The notes beneath the pieces were generated by a model. That model made no database searches and was not told the origin of the DNA. It worked only from the letters and a program-made list of their open reading frames with translations. A program made the translations under genes and the position numbers. A DNA stretch of 64,000 nucleotides. Origin: Burkholderiales bacterium (lineage in GTDB: Bacteria > Pseudomonadota > Gammaproteobacteria > Burkholderiales > SG8-39). Below are positions 1 to 7,910 of the stretch, one piece after another; the first letter of the stretch is position 1; every line of letters starts with the position of its first letter. The stretch is taken from positions 408 through 64,407 of the forward strand of contig DASTPE010000079.1 of NCBI GenBank assembly GCA_035762345.1. Direction: 5' to 3'.

Positions 1-170
1 ACTCGCCGCTGCCGACGCTCGATTCGACGCGTCTCCTCGCGCGCGCGGCCCTGCGCAAGGCCGTCGGATAGCCGGCCGCTCGCATTCGCGTTTCGCATCC
101 AAGTGGTGCGGAAATACCGTTTGAGCGCGGCCAAGGACGCCGGCAAGCTACGCATGCAATGGAGGACGGC

Positions 171-314
171 ATGCGATCCCTTATCCGACTGTGGCGGTGG
201 TGGCTCAAGCGGCGCGCGCAGGCGCGCACGCGGCGCGAGCTGAACGAGCTAAGCGAGCATCTTCTCAAGGACATCGGCCTTCCCCGCGGCGTGATCGACT
301 CGCTGCACCGCTGA
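171..314 (+). CDS. DUF1127-type small basic protein (47 aa)
   Basis: Hand-translated ORF below the track size cut-off: MRSLIRLWRWWLKRRAQARTRRELNELSEHLLKDIGLPRGVIDSLHR. Arg/Trp-rich N-terminus, then the LKDIGL motif typical of DUF1127. Confidence 0.6.
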   Translation: MRSLIRLWRWWLKRRAQARTRRELNELSEHLLKDIGLPRGVIDSLHR

Positions 315-501
315 GCGGGATGCGCCGATGACGGGGGTCCCTCGAACCCGCAGCCTCGTCTAGCGCGCGAGCTTCTCCCGGAGCCGGCGATGCTGCTCGA
401 CGGCTTGGCTCTCACCGAAGTCGCTGAGCTCGAAGATCTGCCGGATCTCGACCTCCGCGCCGCCGTCGAACGGCGCCGGCCGGTTTCGACACCGGCCCGT
501 A

Positions 502-912
502 TCAGCCCGCGTTTCCGGGCGGATTGTCGGCGAACCACTGCGCGATGCCCGGCATGTCTTCCTCGAACCCGCCGGGAACCGAGAAATTGAGCACGCCGGC
601 TCGCGCGCTTCCCCGATTCTCGAAGTCGTGGGTCACGCCGCCCGGCACGAGGACGAACGAGCCCGCGGTCGCGTGCGTCCATTCGTTGCCGATGAGAAAG
701 CTCATCGTGCCTTCGATCACGAAGAAAACGTCGTCCTCCGGATGTGAGTGCGCGCCCGGTCCCTTGGTATGCGGCTCGAGCCACCATTCAGAGATCGAGT
801 AGCGGCTGGCGGTCTCGGCCCCGTCGGCCTTGAAGAGCGCCGAGATGCGGCCCATCGGGTAGCTGCGGCCTTTGCCGGTCCGCAGCAGGATCGGCTTGCG
901 TACTGCGGTCAC
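502..912 (-). CDS. cupin domain protein
   Basis: C-terminal 136 aa of track ORF 502..1194. Cupin motifs GPGAHSHPEDDVFFVIEG and GSFVLVPGGVTHDF. The GTG start overlaps the upstream stop (GTGA). The rest of the ORF is Arg-rich junk. Confidence 0.8.
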   Translation of the reverse strand: MTAVRKPILLRTGKGRSYPMGRISALFKADGAETASRYSISEWWLEPHTKGPGAHSHPEDDVFFVIEGTMSFLIGNEWTHATAGSFVLVPGGVTHDFENRGSARAGVLNFSVPGGFEEDMPGIAQWFADNPPGNAG

Positions 913-1235
913 TCGAGCGCCGCCTCGGCCGCTCGCGTAGCGAGTGCCTCGATACTTTCGAGGTACGCCATCCATTGCGCAGCGCATTCGGCGTGGGTGA
1001 AAACCAGCCGCGTCACGCAGCCTTGCGGGTGCAGCTCCCAGCGCAGCACGTCGGCGCCCCAGGCGCACTCGAGGACGCGCGGCGACTCGTAAACGGTGAT
1101 CTTCCCAGCGGCCTCGGAGAGCCCGCCGGGAAGGGCGAGGCGCAGCATTGCTCCTTGCTCGCCGAGCTCGGTGTTCTGGATGAGCGCCCGCCACAGATCC
1201 TCGGGCGGGCAGGGAACGAGTCGTTCGATGCGCAT
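909..1235 (-). CDS. SRPBCC/AHSA1-like ligand-binding family protein
   Basis: Track ORF 909..1325 trimmed to MRIERLVPCPPEDLWRALIQN..., an N-terminal signature of START/Bet v1-like SRPBCC proteins. The ATG lies 11 nt after the kinase stop. Confidence 0.65.
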   Translation of the reverse strand: MRIERLVPCPPEDLWRALIQNTELGEQGAMLRLALPGGLSEAAGKITVYESPRVLECAWGADVLRWELHPQGCVTRLVFTHAECAAQWMAYLESIEALATRAAEAALE

Positions 1236-1245
1236 ACGAGTTTTC

Positions 1246-4200
1246 CTACAAGTGCTTGGTGAGCGCGGCGAGCAGCGCGTCCTGGTCGATCGGCTTCTGC
1301 ACCACTTCGACCGGTGGGGCGCCAACCTCGGGTTCGGGGATGACGTCGGTGTAACCCGAGTACACGATGACCGGCAGCCCGGGGCGTACGGCGCGCAGCG
1401 CCTGAGCCAGATCGAGGCCGGTCATGCGCGGCATCGTATAGTCGGTGAGGAGCACGTCGAAGTCCTGCGGCGAGCGCATGAAGACATGCTTCGCCTCGGT
1501 GGCGGTCGTCACCGCGGTGACTTTCAGGCCCCAGCCCTGGAGCAGCTCGCGCATGAAGCGCGCGACCATCTGCTCGTCATCGACGAGGAGCACGCGCCCC
1601 TTGAGCGCCGACGTGGGAGCGGCGGCGCGCCGCCGCGCCGACACTTCGGTGGCCTGCTCCCCGGCCGCTGCGGGGAATAGAAGCCGGAAGCGCGCGCCCG
1701 CACTGCTCGATTCCACGAGGATATGGCCGCCGTGCTCGTGCACGATGCCGTGCACGATCGCGAGCCCCATGCCGGTGCCGCGCCCGGTCTCCTTGGTGCT
1801 GAAAAAAGGCTCGAACATGCGGTCCATCACTTCCGCGTTTATTCCGGGCCCCTCGTCGGCGACCGCGAGCTCCACGAAGCTGCCGCTCACTACGCCGCGG
1901 CAGCTCGCGCAGATCATGCCTTCGACGGCCTGATGCGCGACGGCGACCTGTACCGTGCCCCTGCCGCGCATCGCGTCGTGGGCGTTGATGCAGAGGTTCA
2001 TCAGCACCTGCTCTGCCTGCACGGGGTCGAGCAGCGCCGCGGGCAGGTCGGAGGCGAACTCGGGCACGATTTCGAGCGTGGCGGGAAGCGATGAGCGCAG
2101 CAGCCGGATCGCCTGGCGCACGACCGGCGCGAGCGCCAGCGCGCGCGCGGCGCCGCGCCGCCCGCGGCTGAAGACGAGCATCTGCTGGATCAGCTCGCGC
2201 GCGCGGTTGCACGCGAGCTCGAGGTGGTCGAGGTAGCTCGAGAGCTTGGCGTCGCCCGCGGCCGACGGACGCTCGGCGGCGAGCTGCGCGTACCCCTGGA
2301 TGCTAGTGAGGATGTTGTTGAAGTCGTGCGCGATGCCGCCGGCGAGGTGGCCGATCGCCTCCATCTTCTGCGCCTGCCGGAGCTGCGCCTCGAGCTGCGC
2401 GCGCTCGGCGTCGGCGCGCTTGCGCGCCGTGATGTCGCGCGCCATGCCGAGCGCGTGCGGTTTCCCACGGTAAGGCATGGGCACGGCGTTCATCTCGACG
2501 TCGATGCGCGCGCCGTCCTTGCGGTAGCCGTAGACGTCGAAGCGCACGGACTCACCGGCGATCACGCGCGCGTGCATCGCCTTCGCCAGCACCGCCATCT
2601 CCGGGCCGGCGAAGAACCAGCGCTTCTGGCTGATTACTTCGTCGCGCGTGAAGCCGCTCATCGCGAGGAACGCCGGATTGACGTCGACCACCTGTCCAGC
2701 GGCGTCGCGCAGCACTAAGGCATCGGTCGTGGCGTTGAAGACCGCGCGGTACTGCTCCTCGCTCGCACGCAGCGCCTCCACCGCGCGCTTACGCTCACTG
2801 ATGTCGCGACCGATCCACAGCACGTGCGGCCGGCCGCGATACTGCATGGGAAAGCCGCGCAGCTCGAAGTCCGCGGCCACGCCGTCCTTGCTCGCGCTGC
2901 GCGTCTCGATGAGCACGGGCTCCCCGGCGAGCGCTCGCCGGTGCAGCGCCTTGATCGGCTCGTTCATCTCGGGCGGGTTCGCCACCACGCGGTCCCGGCC
3001 GATCACCTCGTCGCGCGAATAGCCACTGGCACGCACGTACGCCGGGTTCACGTCGACGATGCGGAAGTCTGCGTCGCGCAGCACCATGGCGTCGGCCGAG
3101 GCATTGAAGATGGCGCGGTACTGCTCCTCGCTCGCGCGCAGCGCCTCCTCGACGCGCTTGCGCTCGCCGATGTCCCGGCCGATGTAGAGCACGTGCGGCT
3201 TGCCCTGGTGCCGCACGGGCACCGCGCGCAGCTCGCGCTGTTCACGCCGCCCGTCGCGGCGCACGCGCTCGGTATCGAGCACCATGGTCTCGCCAGCGAG
3301 CACCCTATGGTGCTGGGCCCTGAGGCGCTGTTCGAACTCGGCCGGATCGTTGCCGAGGACGTGGTCCTGGCCCACGGTCTCCTCGCGCGAGAACCCGCTG
3401 ACGGCGACGTAAGCGTCGTTGGCGTCGACCACGCGGAAATCGGCATCGCGTAGCACCATGGCGTCCTGGGACGCGTTGAAGATCGAGCGGTACTGCTCCT
3501 CGCTCACGCGCAGCGCTTCCTCGGCGCGCTTGCGCTCGCTGATGTCGCGGCCGATGTAGAGCACATGAGGCTTGCCTCGGTACTGCACCGGCACACCGCG
3601 CAGCTCGACATCGATCCGCCGGCCCTCCTTGCGCTCGCGATCGGTCTCCAAGACCATTGGCTCACCCGCGAGCACGCCGGCGTGGCGCGCCTTAAGAAGA
3701 CGGTCGAGCTCAACCGCGTCGTGGCCGAGCACGTGGTCGCGCCCGAGCACCTCCTCGCGCGTGCAGCCGAGCACCGCGAGGTAAGCTGCATTGATGTCGA
3801 CTAGGCGAAACTGGGCGTCGCGCAGCACCATCCAGTCCTGCGCGGCGTTGAAGATGGATCGGTACTGCTCCTCGCTCGCGCGCAGCGCTTCCTCGGCGCG
3901 CTTGCGTTCGCTGATGTCGCGCGCCACGTACAGCACGTGCGGCCGGCCCTGGTGCCGGATCGGGATGGCGCGCAACTCCACGTCGAGCTGGGTGCCATCT
4001 TTGCGCAGCCGCACTGTCTCGACGACAGCCGGCTCGCCTGCGAGCGCGCGCCGGTGGCGCGCCAGGATAGTCACGTCGGGTTCGACTGTGCCGCCGAGCA
4101 CGAAATCCTTGCCGAGCGCTTCCTCGCGCGAAAAGCCGGTCTGGGCCACGAACGCCGGGTTCACGTCGACGATGCGGAAATCTTCGTCGCGCAGCGCCAT

Positions 4201-4284
4201 GGCGTCCGCCGCGGCATTGAAGATGTCGCGGTAGCGCTCGCTTGCGCCGAGCACCTGCTGCAGGCCGTCTACCGGAAGCACCAC
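1246..4284 (-). CDS. cytoplasmic hybrid sensor histidine kinase (5x PAS - HisKA - HATPase - receiver)
   Basis: 1012-aa ORF. Five tandem PAS units, an H-box (IAHDFNNIL), ATPase boxes ([25 protein letters not shown]) and a C-terminal receiver (VLLVDDE...[12 protein letters not shown]). No hydrophobic TM segment. Confidence 0.93.
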   Translation of the reverse strand: MVLPVDGLQQVLGASERYRDIFNAAADAMALRDEDFRIVDVNPAFVAQTGFSREEALGKDFVLGGTVEPDVTILARHRRALAGEPAVVETVRLRKDGTQLDVELRAIPIRHQGRPHVLYVARDISERKRAEEALRASEEQYRSIFNAAQDWMVLRDAQFRLVDINAAYLAVLGCTREEVLGRDHVLGHDAVELDRLLKARHAGVLAGEPMVLETDRERKEGRRIDVELRGVPVQYRGKPHVLYIGRDISERKRAEEALRVSEEQYRSIFNASQDAMVLRDADFRVVDANDAYVAVSGFSREETVGQDHVLGNDPAEFEQRLRAQHHRVLAGETMVLDTERVRRDGRREQRELRAVPVRHQGKPHVLYIGRDIGERKRVEEALRASEEQYRAIFNASADAMVLRDADFRIVDVNPAYVRASGYSRDEVIGRDRVVANPPEMNEPIKALHRRALAGEPVLIETRSASKDGVAADFELRGFPMQYRGRPHVLWIGRDISERKRAVEALRASEEQYRAVFNATTDALVLRDAAGQVVDVNPAFLAMSGFTRDEVISQKRWFFAGPEMAVLAKAMHARVIAGESVRFDVYGYRKDGARIDVEMNAVPMPYRGKPHALGMARDITARKRADAERAQLEAQLRQAQKMEAIGHLAGGIAHDFNNILTSIQGYAQLAAERPSAAGDAKLSSYLDHLELACNRARELIQQMLVFSRGRRGAARALALAPVVRQAIRLLRSSLPATLEIVPEFASDLPAALLDPVQAEQVLMNLCINAHDAMRGRGTVQVAVAHQAVEGMICASCRGVVSGSFVELAVADEGPGINAEVMDRMFEPFFSTKETGRGTGMGLAIVHGIVHEHGGHILVESSSAGARFRLLFPAAAGEQATEVSARRRAAAPTSALKGRVLLVDDEQMVARFMRELLQGWGLKVTAVTTATEAKHVFMRSPQDFDVLLTDYTMPRMTGLDLAQALRAVRPGLPVIVYSGYTDVIPEPEVGAPPVEVVQKPIDQDALLAALTKHL
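2409..4248 (-). repeat. intragenic tandem array of five PAS-encoding units (~370 bp period)
   Basis: The protein motif [22 protein letters not shown] recurs with a 123-125 aa period. The DNA string ggtactgctcctcgctc(g/a)c(g/a)cgcagcgc recurs at about 2748, 3118, 3489 and 3860. Confidence 0.8.
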
Positions 4285-4339
4285 GAAAGTCTACGCCGCG
4301 CGCCGCGTGCGGCCACCGTTTTTACCCGCCCGCTACGAT

Positions 4340-5104
4340 TTATACCTTCTGTTTACAAGGCACGAACATGTACCCGGCGCCCCGGATCGTCCGAATGGCG
4401 CTCGGCCGCTCGGCATCGTCCTCCAACTTGCGCCGCAGGCGGCCGATCAGGATGTCGATCGAGCGGTCGAAGGGCTCCCATTCGCGCTTGCGCGTAAGCG
4501 TGAGGAGCTCGTCGCGCGACAGCACTTGGTTCGGGCGCTCGACCAGCGCTTTCAGCAGATCGAACTCCATCGCAGTTAGCGCGACCTCGCGGCCATTCGA
4601 GTGCGCGAGCTGGTGCGAGCGCAGGTCGAGCATGCACTTGCCCACCGGAATGGAACCAGTTTCCGCTCGTGTCGTTTCAAACGCTTTGCTCTGCATGCGC
4701 CGCAGAACGCTCCGCAGCCGCGCGCGGACCTCGCGCAGGTCGAAGGGCTTCGTGATGTAGTCGTCGGCGCCGACCTCCAGGCCGACGACACGGTCGACCA
4801 CTTCGTCGGCGCCCGTGATCATGATGATTCCGACCTCGTAGCGCTCGCGCAGGTAGCGCGCGAGCGTAAGACCGTCCTCATCCGGCAGGCCGATGTCGAG
4901 CAGCACCACCGCGGGCGCGGCGCGCTCCATTTCGGCGCGCATCGCCTCGCCGCAGTCGGCGAGCGCCACCTCGTAGCCGTGCGTGGACAGGTACTCGGCC
5001 AGCAGGTTGCAGATCTCGGGGTCGTCGTCGACGACCAGGACGCGTACCGCGGTGTTCAGCGAGCCTACCTCTTCAGTCGCGGCGATTATACAAACGGTTT
5101 TCAT
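4340..5104 (-). CDS. OmpR/PhoB-family response regulator
   Basis: Receiver domain (VLVVDDDPEI, LLDIGLPDEDG, ITKPF) plus a winged-helix output domain (LTAMEFDLLKAL, IRTIRGAGYMF). It lies immediately upstream of the PAS kinase. Confidence 0.9.
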   Translation of the reverse strand: MKTVCIIAATEEVGSLNTAVRVLVVDDDPEICNLLAEYLSTHGYEVALADCGEAMRAEMERAAPAVVLLDIGLPDEDGLTLARYLRERYEVGIIMITGADEVVDRVVGLEVGADDYITKPFDLREVRARLRSVLRRMQSKAFETTRAETGSIPVGKCMLDLRSHQLAHSNGREVALTAMEFDLLKALVERPNQVLSRDELLTLTRKREWEPFDRSIDILIGRLRRKLEDDAERPSAIRTIRGAGYMFVPCKQKV

Positions 5105-5113
5105 ACGCGACCT

Positions 5114-5435
5114 AAACCATTAACCGCGAGCGGGACCATTGCGCACGCCTAGCTCAGCGTCAACGGCATGATCATGCTCGGCTCGGTACTCGAGCGCGAG
5201 ACGCAATTCGGCCGCCTGACGAAGCAGCCCGACGAGATCCGCGGCGCCGAGACCCAGTCGTCATACCGTCGTCGTCAACGATGCGGACGCTATCTACGCG
5301 CGGGCGAAGGCGGCCGGGGCGCGGATTGCGATCGACATCAAGGACGAGGACTACGGCGGCCGCGGCTTTTCCTGCTACGACGTCGAGGGTCATCTCTGGA
5401 GCTTTGGCACCTATGACCCATCGACCGCCGGCTGA
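5114..5435 (+). pseudogene. decayed VOC/glyoxalase-family gene (5' truncated, in-frame TAG, +1 frameshift)
   Basis: Reads ...TIAHA*LSVNGMIMLGSVLERETQFGRLTKQPDEIRGAETQSSY. The frame then shifts near 5257 into VVVNDADAIYARAKAAGARIAIDIKDEDYGGRGFSCYDVEGHLWSFGTYDP*. The TAG is at 5150-5152. The N-terminal third is missing under the regulator gene. Confidence 0.65.
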
Positions 5436-5504
5436 TACAAGCCGGCAACACGACGTTTTCAGAAGAGACGCACTGCATTAACCGCCGTTGCCTATGCTCG
5501 GCGC

Positions 5505-5870
5505 ATGACCGAACTAACGCTCCAGGCCGGCGAGACCCTGCGCATCAGGACCGGCCGTCGCTTGTTCCTCGTGATGCGCTCCGGATCGAGCTTCGAGGTC
5601 CGTGTCGTCGGGCGCGGCATTGGCGTGCGGCTCATGCGTGCCGCCTATGCCTGGTGGCTGAGTGTGCATCGGAGGGGCGCCCGGGTCGCGCGACGCTACA
5701 TGCAGGCCCGGCGTGAGGAAGCGCAGGCACGGCTGCTCGCGCAGCTCGATTCGCGCATCCTCAAGGACATCGGGATGGAGCCGCACCACGGCAGCTCGCT
5801 CGCCGAGCGCGTCCACGAGCACCGTCGCCACGAGGTCCTGCGCACGCTGGCCAGCCGGCTCGGGAGCTGA
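5505..5870 (+). CDS. hypothetical protein with DUF1127-like segment
   Basis: 121-aa ORF. An Arg-rich basic stretch is followed by LLAQLDSRILKDIGMEP, resembling the DUF1127 core. No other recognisable domain. Confidence 0.5.
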   Translation: MTELTLQAGETLRIRTGRRLFLVMRSGSSFEVRVVGRGIGVRLMRAAYAWWLSVHRRGARVARRYMQARREEAQARLLAQLDSRILKDIGMEPHHGSSLAERVHEHRRHEVLRTLASRLGS

Positions 5871-5893
5871 TGCCCGAGGTGCTGGCGCCGGGC

Positions 5894-6436
5894 CTACCGG
5901 AAGCTGTAGACGAAGCCGATGCTTAGCACGTCGACGTCCGTTTCGACCAGCTTGCCACCGCCCAGATTACTGTAGCGCTGCCATTCGCCGCGCACGCCCC
6001 AGTTGCGCGTGAAGTCGTAGCGCAGGCCGACGCCGTAGGTGAGGTCGGTATTGTCCTCATCGGCGAAGGGACCTTCGAGCTGGCCAAAGTAGCCGCCGAG
6101 CTTGGCGTAAAGGAAGAAGTTGCTGGTGAACGGAAAGGACGCGATCGCGACGAGCTCCCACGCCTTGCCCTCGGTGTCGCCAGCGCTCGTCGAGGCTTCA
6201 CCGAGCTCGTGGTAGCCGAACTCCGCCGCGAAGTGCTTGTTGAACTGGTAGCCGGCAAGGATCCGCAGGGCGGTGTCCTCGGCATCGCAGCTGCCGAAGC
6301 TTCCACAGGCGTCTTTGAAGTCCGAGCGTCCGGCCGAGGCGCCGATGTACAGGTTGCTCCAGACGGACTGCGCCGCCGCGGCGCCGGCGAAGGCCAGCGC
6401 CGCCGCCGCGCCGGCGGCGGCCAGCAGGCATTTCAT
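5894..6436 (-). CDS. small outer-membrane beta-barrel protein (OmpA-N/OmpW-like)
   Basis: Track ORF trimmed to the signal peptide MKCLLAAAGAAAALAFAGAAAAQS. Alternating beta-strand pattern with a C-terminal SIGFVYSFR. About 180 aa. Confidence 0.8.
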   Translation of the reverse strand: MKCLLAAAGAAAALAFAGAAAAQSVWSNLYIGASAGRSDFKDACGSFGSCDAEDTALRILAGYQFNKHFAAEFGYHELGEASTSAGDTEGKAWELVAIASFPFTSNFFLYAKLGGYFGQLEGPFADEDNTDLTYGVGLRYDFTRNWGVRGEWQRYSNLGGGKLVETDVDVLSIGFVYSFR

Positions 6437-6704
6437 AGAGTCTGCGCTCGGTCGAAATAAGAAACAAAGATCTTCGCCTTTTGCTGCGCGCCCATCAATC
6501 GGTGCACGCAAGCATCACGAACTTGCTGTGCCGCTCGAGTACCACGAGGGCTCTGCGCCATTCGGCCAGCTCTACCCGATGTCGTCTCCCCTGCTACGGA
6601 GGGAGTCTCCGTTTGACTACTGCCGAAGCATTACAACTGCAACATGACACTTGAAATCGGACGTTAGAATCGCGGGCTCGCGCTGGCTCAATCGGGGAAT
6701 CCGC

Positions 6705-7910
6705 ATGCGTTTCAAACAGCTTTTGCCGGTCCTCCTGAGCGCTGTGGTGGCGGCTTGCAGCCCTTCCAACGGCAGGGAAAAGGGCGGCAAAGACCACGGC
6801 GGTGGCCCCATGGGCGGCATGCAGGCCCCGGAAGTCTCGGTGGTCACGGCTGAGGTGCAGCCGCTGCCGGTCACATGGGAATACGTCGGCCAGACGGTCG
6901 GCTCGCGAGAGGTCGAAGTCCGCGCCCGCGTCACGGGCATCCTGCTTACCCGGAATTTCAAGGAAGGCGAGCGCGTCAAGAAGGGCCAATCTCTCTTCAC
7001 CATCGACCCGGAGCCGTTCAAGGCCGCAGCGGCGCGCGCGGAAGCCGATGTCGTGGCGGCGCAGGCGCGCTACGAGCAGGCAAAGCGCAACGCCGCGAGG
7101 CTCCGCCCGCTGTACGCGGAAAAGGCGGTGAGCCAGAAGGAGCACGACGACGCCGTGTCGGCCGAGGACATCGGGGCGGCGGACGTGAAGGCTGCGCAGG
7201 CCCGGCTCGTCGAAGCGAAGCTCAACCTCGAGTACACGAGGGTCGAGGCCCCGATTTCCGGGATTACCACACGCGCCATACCGTCCGAGGGCACGCTCGT
7301 CTCCGGCCCCAACGTGTTGCTCACGAGCGTGGTGCAGATCGACCCGATGTGGGTGAACTTCGGCATCGCCGACAACGAGCAGGCGCGCATCCAGAAGGAC
7401 GTGCAGGCCGGAAACCTCAAGCTGCCGCGCAACTTCGAAGTGGAGTTGCGGCTCGCCGACGGCAGCGTCTACCCGCAAAAAGGCAAGCTGGACTTCGCCG
7501 ACGTGCGTGTTTCCACGCAGACGGGTACCCGCGAGGCGCGCGCCGAGGTCCCCAATGCCGACGGTTACCTCCGCCCCGGGCAATTCGTACGCGTTGTCCT
7601 CAAGGGCGCGGTGATTCCCAATGCCGTGACTGTCCCTCAGAGAGCCGTGTTGGAGGGACCGCAGGGCAAGTTCGTCTACGTTGTGGATGAGAAAAGCACC
7701 GCGCAGCCTCGGCCCGTCGAGGCTGGGCAGTGGGCGGGAGAGCGCTGGGTGATCAGCTCGGGCTTGAAGGGCGGCGAGCGCGTGATCGTCGACGGGGTGA
7801 TGAAGATCGGGCCCGGCGCCCCGGTGAAGATCGCCGAGAAAAAGCCCGAAGCCCAGCCGGAGCAGAAGAAGATGGCCGAGAAGCCGGCCGAAAAGCAGGC
7901 GAAGAAATAA
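6705..7910 (+). CDS. RND efflux membrane-fusion (periplasmic adaptor) lipoprotein
   Basis: Lipobox LSAVVAAC. AcrA/MexA-like motifs (LFTIDPEPF, YTRVEAPISGI). Lys/Glu-rich tail. Stop overlaps the RND start (TAATG). Confidence 0.9.
   Translation: MRFKQLLPVLLSAVVAACSPSNGREKGGKDHGGGPMGGMQAPEVSVVTAEVQPLPVTWEYVGQTVGSREVEVRARVTGILLTRNFKEGERVKKGQSLFTIDPEPFKAAAARAEADVVAAQARYEQAKRNAARLRPLYAEKAVSQKEHDDAVSAEDIGAADVKAAQARLVEAKLNLEYTRVEAPISGITTRAIPSEGTLVSGPNVLLTSVVQIDPMWVNFGIADNEQARIQKDVQAGNLKLPRNFEVELRLADGSVYPQKGKLDFADVRVSTQTGTREARAEVPNADGYLRPGQFVRVVLKGAVIPNAVTVPQRAVLEGPQGKFVYVVDEKSTAQPRPVEAGQWAGERWVISSGLKGGERVIVDGVMKIGPGAPVKIAEKKPEAQPEQKKMAEKPAEKQAKK

Noticed and set aside
1-71. Frame-3 reading SPLPTLDSTRLLARAALRKAVG*, which could be the 3' end of a gene cut by the window edge.
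   Set aside because: Only 23 codons, with no motif, so it cannot be distinguished from chance.
360-500. Minus-strand frame reading ...RPAPFDGGAEVEIRQIFELSDFGESQAVEQHRRLREKLAR* directly downstream of the cupin gene. It looks like the C-terminus of a real protein.
   Set aside because: No ATG, GTG or TTG lies in frame before it runs into the cupin coding region, and I cannot name the family. It may be a gene remnant but is not supportable as a feature.
6437-6704. A search for a promoter or operator, or a missing TetR-type regulator, upstream of the RND operon (a TTGACT hexamer near 6615).
   Set aside because: No properly spaced -10 element or palindromic operator could be identified, and no regulator gene is present.
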